DNA of 64,000 bases, taken from the IMG/VR virus record IMGVR_UViG_3300012988_000001, positions 302,161-366,160 of that record. The stretch is one strand, 5' to 3'. The notes below the pieces were generated by a model. That model did not search any database. It saw nothing but the letters and a program-made list of their open reading frames with translations, and was not told the origin of the DNA. Below are positions 1-8,476 of the stretch, piece after piece. Within the stretch, counting starts at the first letter, position 1, and every line of letters starts with the position of its first letter. The position numbers and the translations under genes were made by a program.

Positions 1-245
1 ACTCAGCAGGAGAGCAATGTAACAACTATGGTCGTGGCCGATTCCTGCCGACCCGCTTAGTACTCGTAAGGTACTAAACGATTATAAGTACAGAAGTATA
101 AGGGCAGCGGTGTATACCAAATTGACGATACTATTTCTGTACTTTCTTTTTATGGTAACAGATAACCAATTCTTGCAGTAATCCAGAGGGAGTGTATGCT
201 GGGAGGGGGATATCTTGGAGTGAAAATCTTCATGTTACCTGCATT

Positions 246-380
246 GCGTGACGTTACGTAGAGCACCGAACAGATATCCTAAGTCAGTCTAGAAATACTT
301 AGGAAGGAGTTAGTGTTATCTAGGGTATCATACGAGGTTGATCGCTCGTTGGTGTGGTTCGAGTCCACGGTTACGTACCA
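246..380 (+). ncRNA. tRNA-like RNA with greatly expanded anticodon arm (135 nt)
   Basis: GCGTGAC/GTTACGT acceptor stem, A + CCA end, canonical T-arm TGTGG-TTCGAGT-CCACG, variable hairpin ACGAG/CTCGT; anticodon arm replaced by an 8-bp stem with ~40-nt loop. Confidence 0.6.
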
Positions 381-553
381 CTTAAATCATTTACCTTTAG
401 ACTGTAGTTCGAAATGCAGAATATTGGGGTACATAACATCGCTTAAGGACTTCGTTTAGCGGCGAAGGGGATACGTGCAAGGGTTATGAAGAAAATACCG
501 GGAACGACTGGCTATGCCTTAGATGATTTATTTTTAATTAAAGGAGTACTGAA

Positions 554-946
554 ATGCTTCATGACTTAATAGAGTTGTATTATTATATTAAGAATCTCGA
601 TAAGATTGATAACGCAATATATAGTTGGCGTTTTGAAACATGTGGCATATTACATTATCTGGATTTGAAACAGGTAATGAATCCTCACACTGGTGAGATA
701 TATCTTGCCATCAAATTATATGTAACATCACAGGATTCAAATTTTAAGAGTTCTAGTATTCGAGTTGATCCTAATCGAGTTGTATATAGAGATTCATATG
801 CTCAATTATACACTACCAACCACGAAGGTGCTTTGACTGATGAGAATGCAGATTATCTGTTAACTTGTCTCAGTACTGAAGAGGTTAACGCTATTGGTTG
901 CATCTATGATGAAATCAATGCTTTATATAAACGGAGTCGTGTATGA
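554..946 (+). CDS. hypothetical protein, paralogue of 943..1341
   Basis: AAGGAG SD; shared DLI(E/D)xYYYIK N-terminus and LxxE(N)xxD..L...ST.E...I C-terminus. Confidence 0.8.
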   Translation: MLHDLIELYYYIKNLDKIDNAIYSWRFETCGILHYLDLKQVMNPHTGEIYLAIKLYVTSQDSNFKSSSIRVDPNRVVYRDSYAQLYTTNHEGALTDENADYLLTCLSTEEVNAIGCIYDEINALYKRSRV

Positions 947-1341
947 TCCAAGACTTAATTGATGTTTATTATTACATTAAAAGCGTTGATGACCTTCAAG
1001 ACCTTGAGGGTTGGGCATTTACTGCCGCCACGTCATCCCATGCGATAACAATTGTCCCAACGTGGAATGCAACGTATACTGATCGTAAATGGGAAATTAA
1101 AATAACCACTGGTAACATAAATGATTATCGGTGGATTTTTTTGACCAAAAATCAGGTAGAAGTATTCCATTACTGGAAATATCGTTACGCAATATCAATT
1201 CCCGGATTAATCACCGAGAATGAATCTGATATGTTGATGAAATTCATCAGTACTAATGAGATTTCTATTATAAATCAGATCTTACTTGAAATGCGTAAAT
1301 TAGAGAACAGGAGCGTTCCTTATGAACGAACTAAATCGTAA
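943..1341 (+). CDS. hypothetical protein, paralogue of 554..946
   Basis: overlapping ATGA coupling; sequence similarity to upstream ORF. Confidence 0.8.
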   Translation: MIQDLIDVYYYIKSVDDLQDLEGWAFTAATSSHAITIVPTWNATYTDRKWEIKITTGNINDYRWIFLTKNQVEVFHYWKYRYAISIPGLITENESDMLMKFISTNEISIINQILLEMRKLENRSVPYERTKS

Positions 1342-1837
1342 TAGAGATTACTTCAAACTATTGGCTGAAGAGTTTAGCCATGATATGATTGATGTTCTTT
1401 CTGATGAACCGTGTTTTACTGTTGACTTTTGGAATGGGGAAGAGTATGATTTTAACATCATAGACAACCAAAGTTATCTCCGTGACTATTGTCCGAATTT
1501 CACAGGTGACGTTCATCTCTTTACAAACAAGATCCATGTATGTTATACTCCTGATAACGGCGACATTGAATTGCGTGAGATGTTCCACTTCAATACGTCC
1601 GAGTACGGTGTACCGTCCGAGTACTGCAAAGATGAGATTCATGATAGTGATGCAAATATTATCATTATCAAGAAAGATACTTTCTGGTACAATGACGAAG
1701 AGTACAGAATGGGAAGTACAGAAGAAGAACGTTTCCAACTTTCCTGTACTGATTTGGGGTACTTCATTGAAGTACTAAATGAAGTGAAACGTTTTATCCT
1801 AGAGGATATTGAAGATCATGGAAAACCAGAAGTATAA
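1322..1837 (+). CDS. acidic hypothetical protein, EExFQ-motif family
   Basis: GGAG SD; STEEERFQLS near C-terminus. Confidence 0.8.
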   Translation: MNELNRNRDYFKLLAEEFSHDMIDVLSDEPCFTVDFWNGEEYDFNIIDNQSYLRDYCPNFTGDVHLFTNKIHVCYTPDNGDIELREMFHFNTSEYGVPSEYCKDEIHDSDANIIIIKKDTFWYNDEEYRMGSTEEERFQLSCTDLGYFIEVLNEVKRFILEDIEDHGKPEV

Positions 1838-2237
1838 AGAAATGTTTCAAAATATGCTATTTGATGCAGACTTCGAATTCGGCTTTGTAAGCGGTTCTAA
1901 TTATAAGTTCTTCATCAAGGCGGCTGGCTATCGCATCACTTGGGATCGTTTGGCACATACTATCGAATTGCCATCCCTTGATGAAGCAGGTTCAGTACGA
2001 ACGAATGCTAAATCTTCGCATGGCATGACTCCTGCACAAATGGTCAACCTATTAAAAGGTCAGTCAACTAAGCAGGAGTACTACATCCCTACTTCACAAG
2101 AAGACGAGTTCCAAGCTAGTACTGCTAGGGTTGGTAACATATTACCATTTGTGTTAGTAGAACATCTTGAACGCTTACTTAGTGTTGCACAGGAATGTAT
2201 TTCTCGGTACTCAATTGATGAGAGGAAGTATAAATGA
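1818..2237 (+). CDS. hypothetical protein, EExFQ-motif family
   Basis: GAGG SD; SQEDEFQAST motif. Confidence 0.8.
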   Translation: MENQKYKEMFQNMLFDADFEFGFVSGSNYKFFIKAAGYRITWDRLAHTIELPSLDEAGSVRTNAKSSHGMTPAQMVNLLKGQSTKQEYYIPTSQEDEFQASTARVGNILPFVLVEHLERLLSVAQECISRYSIDERKYK

Positions 2238-2494
2238 AAGATGCACACGGCATTGAGATTACAGAAGGTTGTACTCTCATGTTCGCACAGCGTGAACCAG
2301 ACAAATGGAATCCACGTGATATGATTTTCCGTAAAGTAGAGAAGATTGATCCCGCCTTTGGTGGTCGTATCATCTTTGAAGACAAAAACCAAAATAGCAT
2401 TGCTTACAAGCAAAACATCACAACTCTCCGTGTAGTATCGGAAAGTTTTGTAAAGGCTTGGGAAAGTGGTGAATTGTTTATGAGGGAATTCTAA
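2234..2494 (+). CDS. hypothetical protein
   Basis: coupled ORF with GAGG SD; MKDAHGIEITEG start typical of small phage YopX-like beta proteins. Confidence 0.75.
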   Translation: MKDAHGIEITEGCTLMFAQREPDKWNPRDMIFRKVEKIDPAFGGRIIFEDKNQNSIAYKQNITTLRVVSESFVKAWESGELFMREF

Positions 2495-2736
2495 TGAGTA
2501 ATAAGTACTTTGTACGTTATAGTTACAATGTAACCAACAAGGTTCCACGTGGTGATGGTCTTGGTTGGGGTTATGAAACTGAACAAGTGACCGATTCTTG
2601 TGTATGTGAAATCGATCCAGAGCATATTGATATATCTGAAGTACGTCATACTGTACTTCGTTATGAACTCAATTATTTGGGTGAACGTAAACCAGATGCA
2701 TATGATATTGATATTTTAGTACTGAATAAACTATGA
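2494..2736 (+). CDS. hypothetical protein
   Basis: TAATG coupling. Confidence 0.75.
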   Translation: MSNKYFVRYSYNVTNKVPRGDGLGWGYETEQVTDSCVCEIDPEHIDISEVRHTVLRYELNYLGERKPDAYDIDILVLNKL

Positions 2737-2906
2737 TTAACTATATCTTTCGTGTAAGGGGTAAAGGTATTGTTCCCGGATTGACAGTTGTTCGTGCGTA
2801 CACTGCAACTGATGCTCGTGAAATGCTACTAGCTGAATTCAGCAAGCCCGAAGACGTTACGATCACTTTGGTTGAATGTAGTCAAGAATTATCGTTTTTA
2901 AACTAG
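2733..2906 (+). CDS. small hypothetical protein (57 aa, not in ORF track)
   Basis: ATGA overlap with upstream stop; MINYIFRVRGKG...SFLN*. Confidence 0.6.
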   Translation: MINYIFRVRGKGIVPGLTVVRAYTATDAREMLLAEFSKPEDVTITLVECSQELSFLN

Positions 2907-3007
2907 GACATATTGCGTGATCTGGTTTTATCGTGTAGAATGAGGCTAAAATCATTTGTAAATGCGTTAGAAGCGGAGTCGGGGTTGAATTCCCCGAATG
3001 TCCACCA
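2906..3007 (+). ncRNA. degenerate class II (Leu-like) tRNA or tRNA mimic
   Basis: GGACAT/ATGTCC acceptor, A+CCA, T-arm CGGGG-TTGAATT-CCCCG with non-canonical loop, 8-nt anticodon loop GGCTAAAA. Confidence 0.5.
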
Positions 3008-3009
3008 CC

Positions 3010-3097
3010 GGGAGAGTGATGGAAAGGCATACATAGGCATCTCCAGTGTCTTAGTCTTGATGACAATGCAAGGTTCGAGTCCTTGTCTCTCCCACCA
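3010..3097 (+). tRNA. atypical class II tRNA (Leu-like body, ambiguous anticodon TCC or CCA)
   Basis: GGGAGAG/CTCTCCC acceptor, A73+CCA, T-loop TTCGAGT, variable arm GTC/GAC; anticodon stem AGGCA/TGTCT with loop TCTCCAG; one extra pair between T and acceptor stems. Confidence 0.65.
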
Positions 3098-3245
3098 AAC
3101 AATAATACCTATCATCTAATATCAGTACTGGTGGCGTGTCGTCGAGGACGATGGACAGTACTGACAGGATACCTCGTTCGCCAGCAGTGGGTTCGGGGGA
3201 TGTACGTAAAGTCGTGCTGGGTATGCCAAATTATTTAAAAAACTT

Positions 3246-3274
3246 GGGACAAAACATGAATTTTGTCCTATAAT
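3246..3274 (+). promoter_or_regulatory. class II promoter GGGACA-N12-TGTCC-TATAAT
   Basis: one of five conserved copies with 17-nt spacing. Confidence 0.75.
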
Positions 3275-3295
3275 ATACGTACAAGAGGAAATGAT

Positions 3296-3511
3296 ATGAA
3301 AGCTAAAAACCTGCTGGCGATGTTACAAAACAACCCAGAAGCTGAAATTATTATGCGTGAGCAAGGCTACGAAGTTGATGCGTTCAACGAAGTGTCCACC
3401 GCTCATTTGTACCGCCAAGGTGATGTTGTTTTTGAACGTGGTGAAAACTTCACTGATTTCATCGATGATGAAACCGCAGAGGCTTTAGTCGATATCATCG
3501 TCCTATCATAA
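3296..3511 (+). CDS. hypothetical protein
   Basis: GAGG SD, directly after class II promoter. Confidence 0.8.
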   Translation: MKAKNLLAMLQNNPEAEIIMREQGYEVDAFNEVSTAHLYRQGDVVFERGENFTDFIDDETAEALVDIIVLS

Positions 3512-3545
3512 ATTGTAAATTTGCTAATTGGAGAATCCAAAGAAT

Positions 3546-4127
3546 ATGAAATTAACCCTACGTAAAGCTCATCGTTTAGTTAAAGACCTACAGAACAAGT
3601 TAGGTGTTCGTAATGTTTCCAAGAACATTCACCACAGTGCTGACCTTGCTGAAGTAACAGCAACCATTGCACTTGTCGAAGGTCTAAACCGTGCTAGTGT
3701 TGAACAAACCCTAGACGTAGCAACAGCGATTAGTGAAATCCGTGCAGCAGTACAAGTACTAAACGCTCGTGACGTAGATGGTGATACCATCGATTCTCTA
3801 CTAAACGCTAAGGTTCTAGTAGAAACCAAGATGAAAGTACTTTCATCATTCGCGTATCCTACACAGCAGGATCAAGAAGGCCGTGAACTAGCGATTCGTC
3901 GCCAAGTTTCTGACGTTGCGAAACACGCTGGCTCAGGCATGTACCACAACGAAGTAACTGTTAGTGGTCACAGTGTTGATTCACATACCCTATTCAATGA
4001 ACAGTACGTTGCATTGAAACAGGAACAAGAACGCATTAGCGATAAGCTAGCGTACATCAATAACGCTCTACACGTAGAGATTGATGACAAGTATCTTGAA
4101 CTATTCAAGACACTACAAGTTTTATAA
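3546..4127 (+). CDS. coiled-coil protein (MKLTLRKA...) followed by structured non-coding RNA
   Basis: helical heptad pattern; biased codon usage suggesting high expression. Confidence 0.8.
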   Translation: MKLTLRKAHRLVKDLQNKLGVRNVSKNIHHSADLAEVTATIALVEGLNRASVEQTLDVATAISEIRAAVQVLNARDVDGDTIDSLLNAKVLVETKMKVLSSFAYPTQQDQEGRELAIRRQVSDVAKHAGSGMYHNEVTVSGHSVDSHTLFNEQYVALKQEQERISDKLAYINNALHVEIDDKYLELFKTLQVL

Positions 4128-4400
4128 GGTAGCTTAACCGCTGACCTCCCTTTACCGAAAGGGCATATAGATGTTAAATCTATACTTTACATGGTATGAA
4201 AGATTGTCTGAGGACACTTTTTCGAATAAAGAGTTTGCTGCCATCTACACTATTTTACAGATTATTTCTTGCTTGTTTGTGAAATGGCTTAACTCGATTG
4301 TCCGGTTGCTATGTTGCATGTTTGCATTGTTGCTTCGCTCTTTCGGTAACGTATCTTGGTCCCGTTCTGATGTAAATAGAATGGGACACCCTATTAATTT
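4128..4400 (+). ncRNA. putative structured RNA
   Basis: 13-bp long-range helix TTACCGAAAGGGC (4152-4164)/GCTCTTTCGGTAA (4337-4349), hairpins TATAGAT/ATCTATA and GTCCCGTTCT/AGAATGGGAC. Confidence 0.55.
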
Positions 4401-4415
4401 AAACACGAGGTGCTT

Positions 4416-4985
4416 ATGAATCTTGAGAAGTTTAATCCAAAGAAAGTAAAAGACCTACCATTGCGAAAGTATAATCTAATGCTTCTGGATGGACGATATA
4501 TGCAGTGTATGGAATTGGAATATGTTGAAGACGGTCCAATGACACAAACTGTTTATTACTTTGTTAGTACTGACAGGCAAACGAAAGTAACACCGAAAGA
4601 GGTTGAATCGTTTTGTCGCTATATTCATTTTGATTATGTAGCAGTTGGTAATGGATTTGCTCTCACTAAAAACGGTTCAAAGATATTTCGTGAAAACGTG
4701 TATGGTGTAATTGAAAACGAACAATATGCACAGCACTTCATTATTAATATGAACAATAACGCAAACACTTACACTCCTGATACAATTCATCGTAATGATA
4801 TCGTTGAATGTATTGACGGTCATTTCTACAATGGTGATAAAGCCATTGTTACTGAAGTACGCAAACCGTATGATGTAGAAGACCACGGAACCGTTGAAGT
4901 GTATATGCTTGATAAGAAGTTTTTTGAGCACTTCACTTACACCGGATGGAATCAATTCTTGAAGGTGGTGGAAAAATACGACTAA
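4416..4985 (+). CDS. hypothetical protein (possible C-terminal KOW/SH3-like domain)
   Basis: GAGGTG SD; DIVECIDGHFYNGDKAIVTEV. Confidence 0.75.
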   Translation: MNLEKFNPKKVKDLPLRKYNLMLLDGRYMQCMELEYVEDGPMTQTVYYFVSTDRQTKVTPKEVESFCRYIHFDYVAVGNGFALTKNGSKIFRENVYGVIENEQYAQHFIINMNNNANTYTPDTIHRNDIVECIDGHFYNGDKAIVTEVRKPYDVEDHGTVEVYMLDKKFFEHFTYTGWNQFLKVVEKYD

Positions 4986-5017
4986 TGTACTAAATACTCC
5001 TTTAAGTAGGAGTAAAT

Positions 5018-5368
5018 ATGTTCAGTACACATCTTAAAGTTGAACTAATAAACAACAAAGGTAAGAAATGGAAAGTACTAGAGGACTTGACATACCATAG
5101 CGATTACGGTATGATCACTGTGCCAAAAGACTTCCAGACTGACTTTGCTAGCGTCCCTCGTATCCCTGTGGTTTTCGAACTTGTAGGTGACAGAGGCCAC
5201 GCAGCAGCAACCGTACACGATTGGTTATACCAACATGGTGACCTATCGAGGAAGCAAGCCGATTTAGTACTTCGTCAAGCATTACGCGATACGAATGTAG
5301 GAAAGGCTAGATCGTATGTAATGTACTATGGAGTACGTGCATTCGGATGGTTGTTCTTCAAAAAATAA
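5018..5368 (+). CDS. DUF1353 family protein
   Basis: VPKDFQTDFASVPR and AATVHDWLY motifs. Confidence 0.85.
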   Translation: MFSTHLKVELINNKGKKWKVLEDLTYHSDYGMITVPKDFQTDFASVPRIPVVFELVGDRGHAAATVHDWLYQHGDLSRKQADLVLRQALRDTNVGKARSYVMYYGVRAFGWLFFKK

Positions 5369-5382
5369 AGTTAGAGCGGTTG

Positions 5383-5545
5383 TAGCCAGTACAGGGCAGT
5401 ACGTAGGAGTAGTGACCTATTAGTATCCTGTGGTCTTAATAGACTTTCACGAGGTCAGTACATACGTTAGTCACTTTTCGTATGTAGGAATAAAGCTGAT
5501 AAAAAATGAGTAAGTATACCATTCACTGGTTAGGGTGGGCTTACG
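5383..5545 (+). ncRNA. putative multi-branched structured RNA upstream of tRNA-Gly
   Basis: closing TAGCCAGT/ACTGGTTA, internal TGACCT/AGGTCA, CTATTA/TAATAG, ACATACG/CGTATGT. Confidence 0.45.
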
Positions 5546-5549
5546 TCTT

Positions 5550-5625
5550 GCGGTAGTAGCTCAGATGGTAGAGCGGGAGTTTTCCAAACTTCAGGTCTTC
5601 GGTTCGAAACCGAATTATCGCTCCA
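5550..5625 (+). tRNA. tRNA-Gly (TCC)
   Basis: 76-nt cloverleaf, D-arm GCTC/GAGC, loop TTTCCAA, TTCGAAA T-loop, U73 + CCA. Confidence 0.95.
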
Positions 5626-5636
5626 CGAGGTAAAAT

Positions 5637-6185
5637 ATGTATAATAAGAAGATAGAAATATCTGGCATTAACAATGGTTACCAATATTTTATTGATTATG
5701 AACATCCATTAGCAACCGGAAATTCAGGAAGGGTGTATTTACACCGTCACATCGCATCAATTAAAATTAGTCGATGGGTTACTGGTAATGAACATGTTCA
5801 CCATATTGATGAAAACAAACTTAATAATGATGAAGTTAATTTGGAAGTACTATCAGATCTTGAACATCGTCGTTTACATTGGAAAGAAAGAAATAATTTG
5901 CCAGATGATTACGAATGGTTTGATTCTGAAATTATTCCATGTAATTGGTGCTCAGAATTATTTCAAACGAAATATAAAGATCACATGTATTGTTCTATTA
6001 GTTGCGGATCATTAGCACAACCACAAAAATTCCCAATTGATAAAGATATATTATCCGAATTGATTTGGAAAATGCCAGCCACTGAGATAGCCAAAATATA
6101 TGGTTGCTCTGATAAAACCATCGGTAAAAAATGTAACCGATATAATATAACCAAACCACCACGCGGTTATTGGTTGCGTAAATAA
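5637..6185 (+). CDS. HNH homing endonuclease
   Basis: YLHRHIA...EHVHHIDENKLNN..NLEVLSDLEHRRLH HNH motif, CxxC and C-terminal HTH-like tail; sits next to a tRNA. Confidence 0.9.
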   Translation: MYNKKIEISGINNGYQYFIDYEHPLATGNSGRVYLHRHIASIKISRWVTGNEHVHHIDENKLNNDEVNLEVLSDLEHRRLHWKERNNLPDDYEWFDSEIIPCNWCSELFQTKYKDHMYCSISCGSLAQPQKFPIDKDILSELIWKMPATEIAKIYGCSDKTIGKKCNRYNITKPPRGYWLRK

Positions 6186-6198
6186 CAGGAGAATACAA

Positions 6199-6456
6199 AT
6201 GAAGTTTTCCAAGATTTTAGAAGAATTACAAGCGTCATGGAAAAATGGCGTATACGTTGACCTTCCAGAGTACCGCAGTAATGAACGCATTTATGTTCAT
6301 CGCAGTGGTAAACTCTTCCACGTTAAATCACAATACGGAGGTCCATTGTGGTGTATTCCAACTGAATTAACCAGCTACGAGAAGGAAGACAGCCGTTGGC
6401 AAGTCAACCCACTTCAAAGCAACAAACTACCAGAGAAATTCTCTGAAGGTTGGTAA
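6199..6456 (+). CDS. hypothetical protein
   Basis: AGGAG SD. Confidence 0.75.
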   Translation: MKFSKILEELQASWKNGVYVDLPEYRSNERIYVHRSGKLFHVKSQYGGPLWCIPTELTSYEKEDSRWQVNPLQSNKLPEKFSEGW

Positions 6457-6522
6457 CAGATCTCTCCCGGCAGTGATGATATATTACAAAAGCTGCCATC
6501 CCCATAACGTAAGTTATGTTTT

Positions 6523-6560
6523 GCCGATAGTATGATCATCTACTATCGGCTTTTTTCTTA
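6523..6560 (+). terminator. intrinsic terminator
   Basis: GCCGATAGTA/TACTATCGGC hairpin followed by TTTTTT. Confidence 0.8.
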
Positions 6561-6574
6561 TCTGGAGAAAGAAA

Positions 6575-7063
6575 ATGAACACTAAGAATCTAGCAAAGTA
6601 CGTAATGCGTAGATGTAAACTATTAAGTACTTTTAATGCTGACATGTGGAGTAATAAGGTAGATAATAAATTCCATGCTGGACGTGTATTCAACACAGCT
6701 AAAATACCAGCAGGAACGGTGCGTCAATCCCTTTATATGAGTACTGACGGTACTATCTATATGGGAATCCTTGATTGTGATCCGGGATTTGGGAATGATG
6801 AAATTGAACTAGATATTGAGTACAATTTCGATACTCGTGTTATTACCTTAAATTATAATAACATTACTCTTCAAGAAGCATATGAAGACATGGAAGATGA
6901 TGAAGAAGATTGCTTTACTGTTTCTTATGAACTTACTGATTCCGAAGCAGAGTACTTCCAAACTAGCTTAGTTGAAGATCCTATGTTTGAATTTGAAGAT
7001 GAATTAATGATGATTACATTCTTTGAAACAATTCGTGAACGTTTCTATAAGGTTAAATCATGA
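6575..7063 (+). CDS. acidic protein, EExFQ-motif family
   Basis: SEAEYFQTSLV. Confidence 0.8.
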   Translation: MNTKNLAKYVMRRCKLLSTFNADMWSNKVDNKFHAGRVFNTAKIPAGTVRQSLYMSTDGTIYMGILDCDPGFGNDEIELDIEYNFDTRVITLNYNNITLQEAYEDMEDDEEDCFTVSYELTDSEAEYFQTSLVEDPMFEFEDELMMITFFETIRERFYKVKS

Positions 7064-7569
7064 AGAATATTACAACACCAGATCGCAAGGCATTTGATTT
7101 GATTATGGGATTTATCGAAGATTACGATTGCTGTAATATGGCAACGTATGATTCAGTAATACACCACAATAACGCTCTAAACAATGAACAGTACTACAAT
7201 TCTGAACGTACTGATATGCATTGTTTTAAATCTAGTCTTGGTAATCATCCATTAGAAGTAACACTAAAATTTGGAACACAGGAAGATATGAGTTTCCTCA
7301 TCTATCCAAAGAATGAGAATGGTATACGTCTTATCAACTTCATGTACAATTTTGATGATGCTAATGGTGATGAAGAATGGTATGAGAAGTCAAACCATTG
7401 GTGGGCTGATTTTTGTATTGAATTGTATGATACAGAGGAAGAATACTTCCAAGCTAGTACGGTTGATGATCTACTTCTAACTCCAGAGGAAAACCAAATG
7501 TTTATTGATTTCAATAATGCATTTACCCAACATTTGATCAAACGCATAGGAGAAAAACACTATGGATAA
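7060..7569 (+). CDS. acidic protein, EExFQ-motif family
   Basis: TEEEYFQASTV. Confidence 0.8.
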   Translation: MKNITTPDRKAFDLIMGFIEDYDCCNMATYDSVIHHNNALNNEQYYNSERTDMHCFKSSLGNHPLEVTLKFGTQEDMSFLIYPKNENGIRLINFMYNFDDANGDEEWYEKSNHWWADFCIELYDTEEEYFQASTVDDLLLTPEENQMFIDFNNAFTQHLIKRIGEKHYG

Positions 7570-7786
7570 TCAACACCGTAAAATTACAGGCTATCGTGAA
7601 CTAAGTGCAGAAGAGATTGCACTCATGAATGAAGTCAAAGAAATGAGTGCTCAAGTAGGGCAGTTAATTGAGAAACTACACTCAACCCCAGACGTTGACA
7701 AACGCTGGCTAAATATTGCCAAGACAGATTTACAGAAAGGCTTCATGAGTGCTGTACGCAGCGTTGCAAAGCCTGATTCATTCTAA
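7562..7786 (+). CDS. acb2: Acb2/Tad1-family cyclic-nucleotide sponge (anti-CBASS)
   Basis: MDNQHRKITGYRELSxEEI...RWLNIAKTDLQKGFM...R.VAKPDSF closely matches the recalled Acb2 signature. Confidence 0.9.
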   Translation: MDNQHRKITGYRELSAEEIALMNEVKEMSAQVGQLIEKLHSTPDVDKRWLNIAKTDLQKGFMSAVRSVAKPDSF

Positions 7787-7795
7787 GGATAGAAT

Positions 7796-8476
7796 ATGGA
7801 CAATTACGAACACACCCCCGGTGGTAAACCTTTTGACGATTTAGATGCGTATTTCGATGATGACCATCTATCAGAAGAAGATAAAAAACTACTTGCTGAA
7901 CTAGATGCGATCGATGTTAATACAGCAGAACTAGCAGTAGAGTTTACCGACCGTGACCTAGTACATAATAGTATGCTAATGGGTCGTATGGCTAAACTAA
8001 AAGGCCACGCTAATAACGTAGACTGTTGCTCTTACACTTACGTAATCAACGTATATCAGAAAGACCCCGCCGCAAGTACTTTTAAGTACACTCGTGTATA
8101 TGAATTCGCTGATAATGTATCCATCTCTCTAATGGAACTATTCAGTACTCAAGGTTGTAACTTCATCAAGCGTAGTACCACACAGTGCTTTGGTGCTGAT
8201 GAACTACATAACCCACACATTGAACTTGAACAACGTGCAGTTTATGTGTATGATTTAATTGTTCCAGAAGGTTTTGATATTGATGCAACGCATTATCATT
8301 ACTTCTCTCACATCATTTCGTTTGAACCGTGGGAACAAATTGAGGAACATTGGAATTCTGAACTCGAAGATGGTTGGGTTGACAGTCTCCCTGACCACCG
8401 CCACCTAGTTCTTCACAGCACGTCACCGCACCAGCTTGACACACGCAGTGCTATCTACATCCGTGACATAAAATAG
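7796..8476 (+). CDS. acidic hypothetical protein
   Basis: AGGA SD, 226 aa. Confidence 0.8.
   Translation: MDNYEHTPGGKPFDDLDAYFDDDHLSEEDKKLLAELDAIDVNTAELAVEFTDRDLVHNSMLMGRMAKLKGHANNVDCCSYTYVINVYQKDPAASTFKYTRVYEFADNVSISLMELFSTQGCNFIKRSTTQCFGADELHNPHIELEQRAVYVYDLIVPEGFDIDATHYHYFSHIISFEPWEQIEEHWNSELEDGWVDSLPDHRHLVLHSTSPHQLDTRSAIYIRDIK

Noticed and set aside
1-56. Partial tRNA-like element at window start (D-arm-like CTCAGCAGGAGAGC)
   Set aside because: 5' end is outside the window and no convincing anticodon or T-arm pairing was found
2906-3007. Amber suppressor tRNA implying TAG recoding
   Set aside because: The loop is irregular, ORFs are intact under code 11, and TAG ends several genes cleanly (13378, 35131, 41056)
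4171-4419. ORF-track 82-aa ORF
   Set aside because: No SD, atypical composition, and it overlaps the long-range RNA helices; treated as non-coding
6465-6520. GGCAG/CTGCC hairpin as a distinct ncRNA
   Set aside because: Only a 5-bp stem next to a clear terminator; insufficient support
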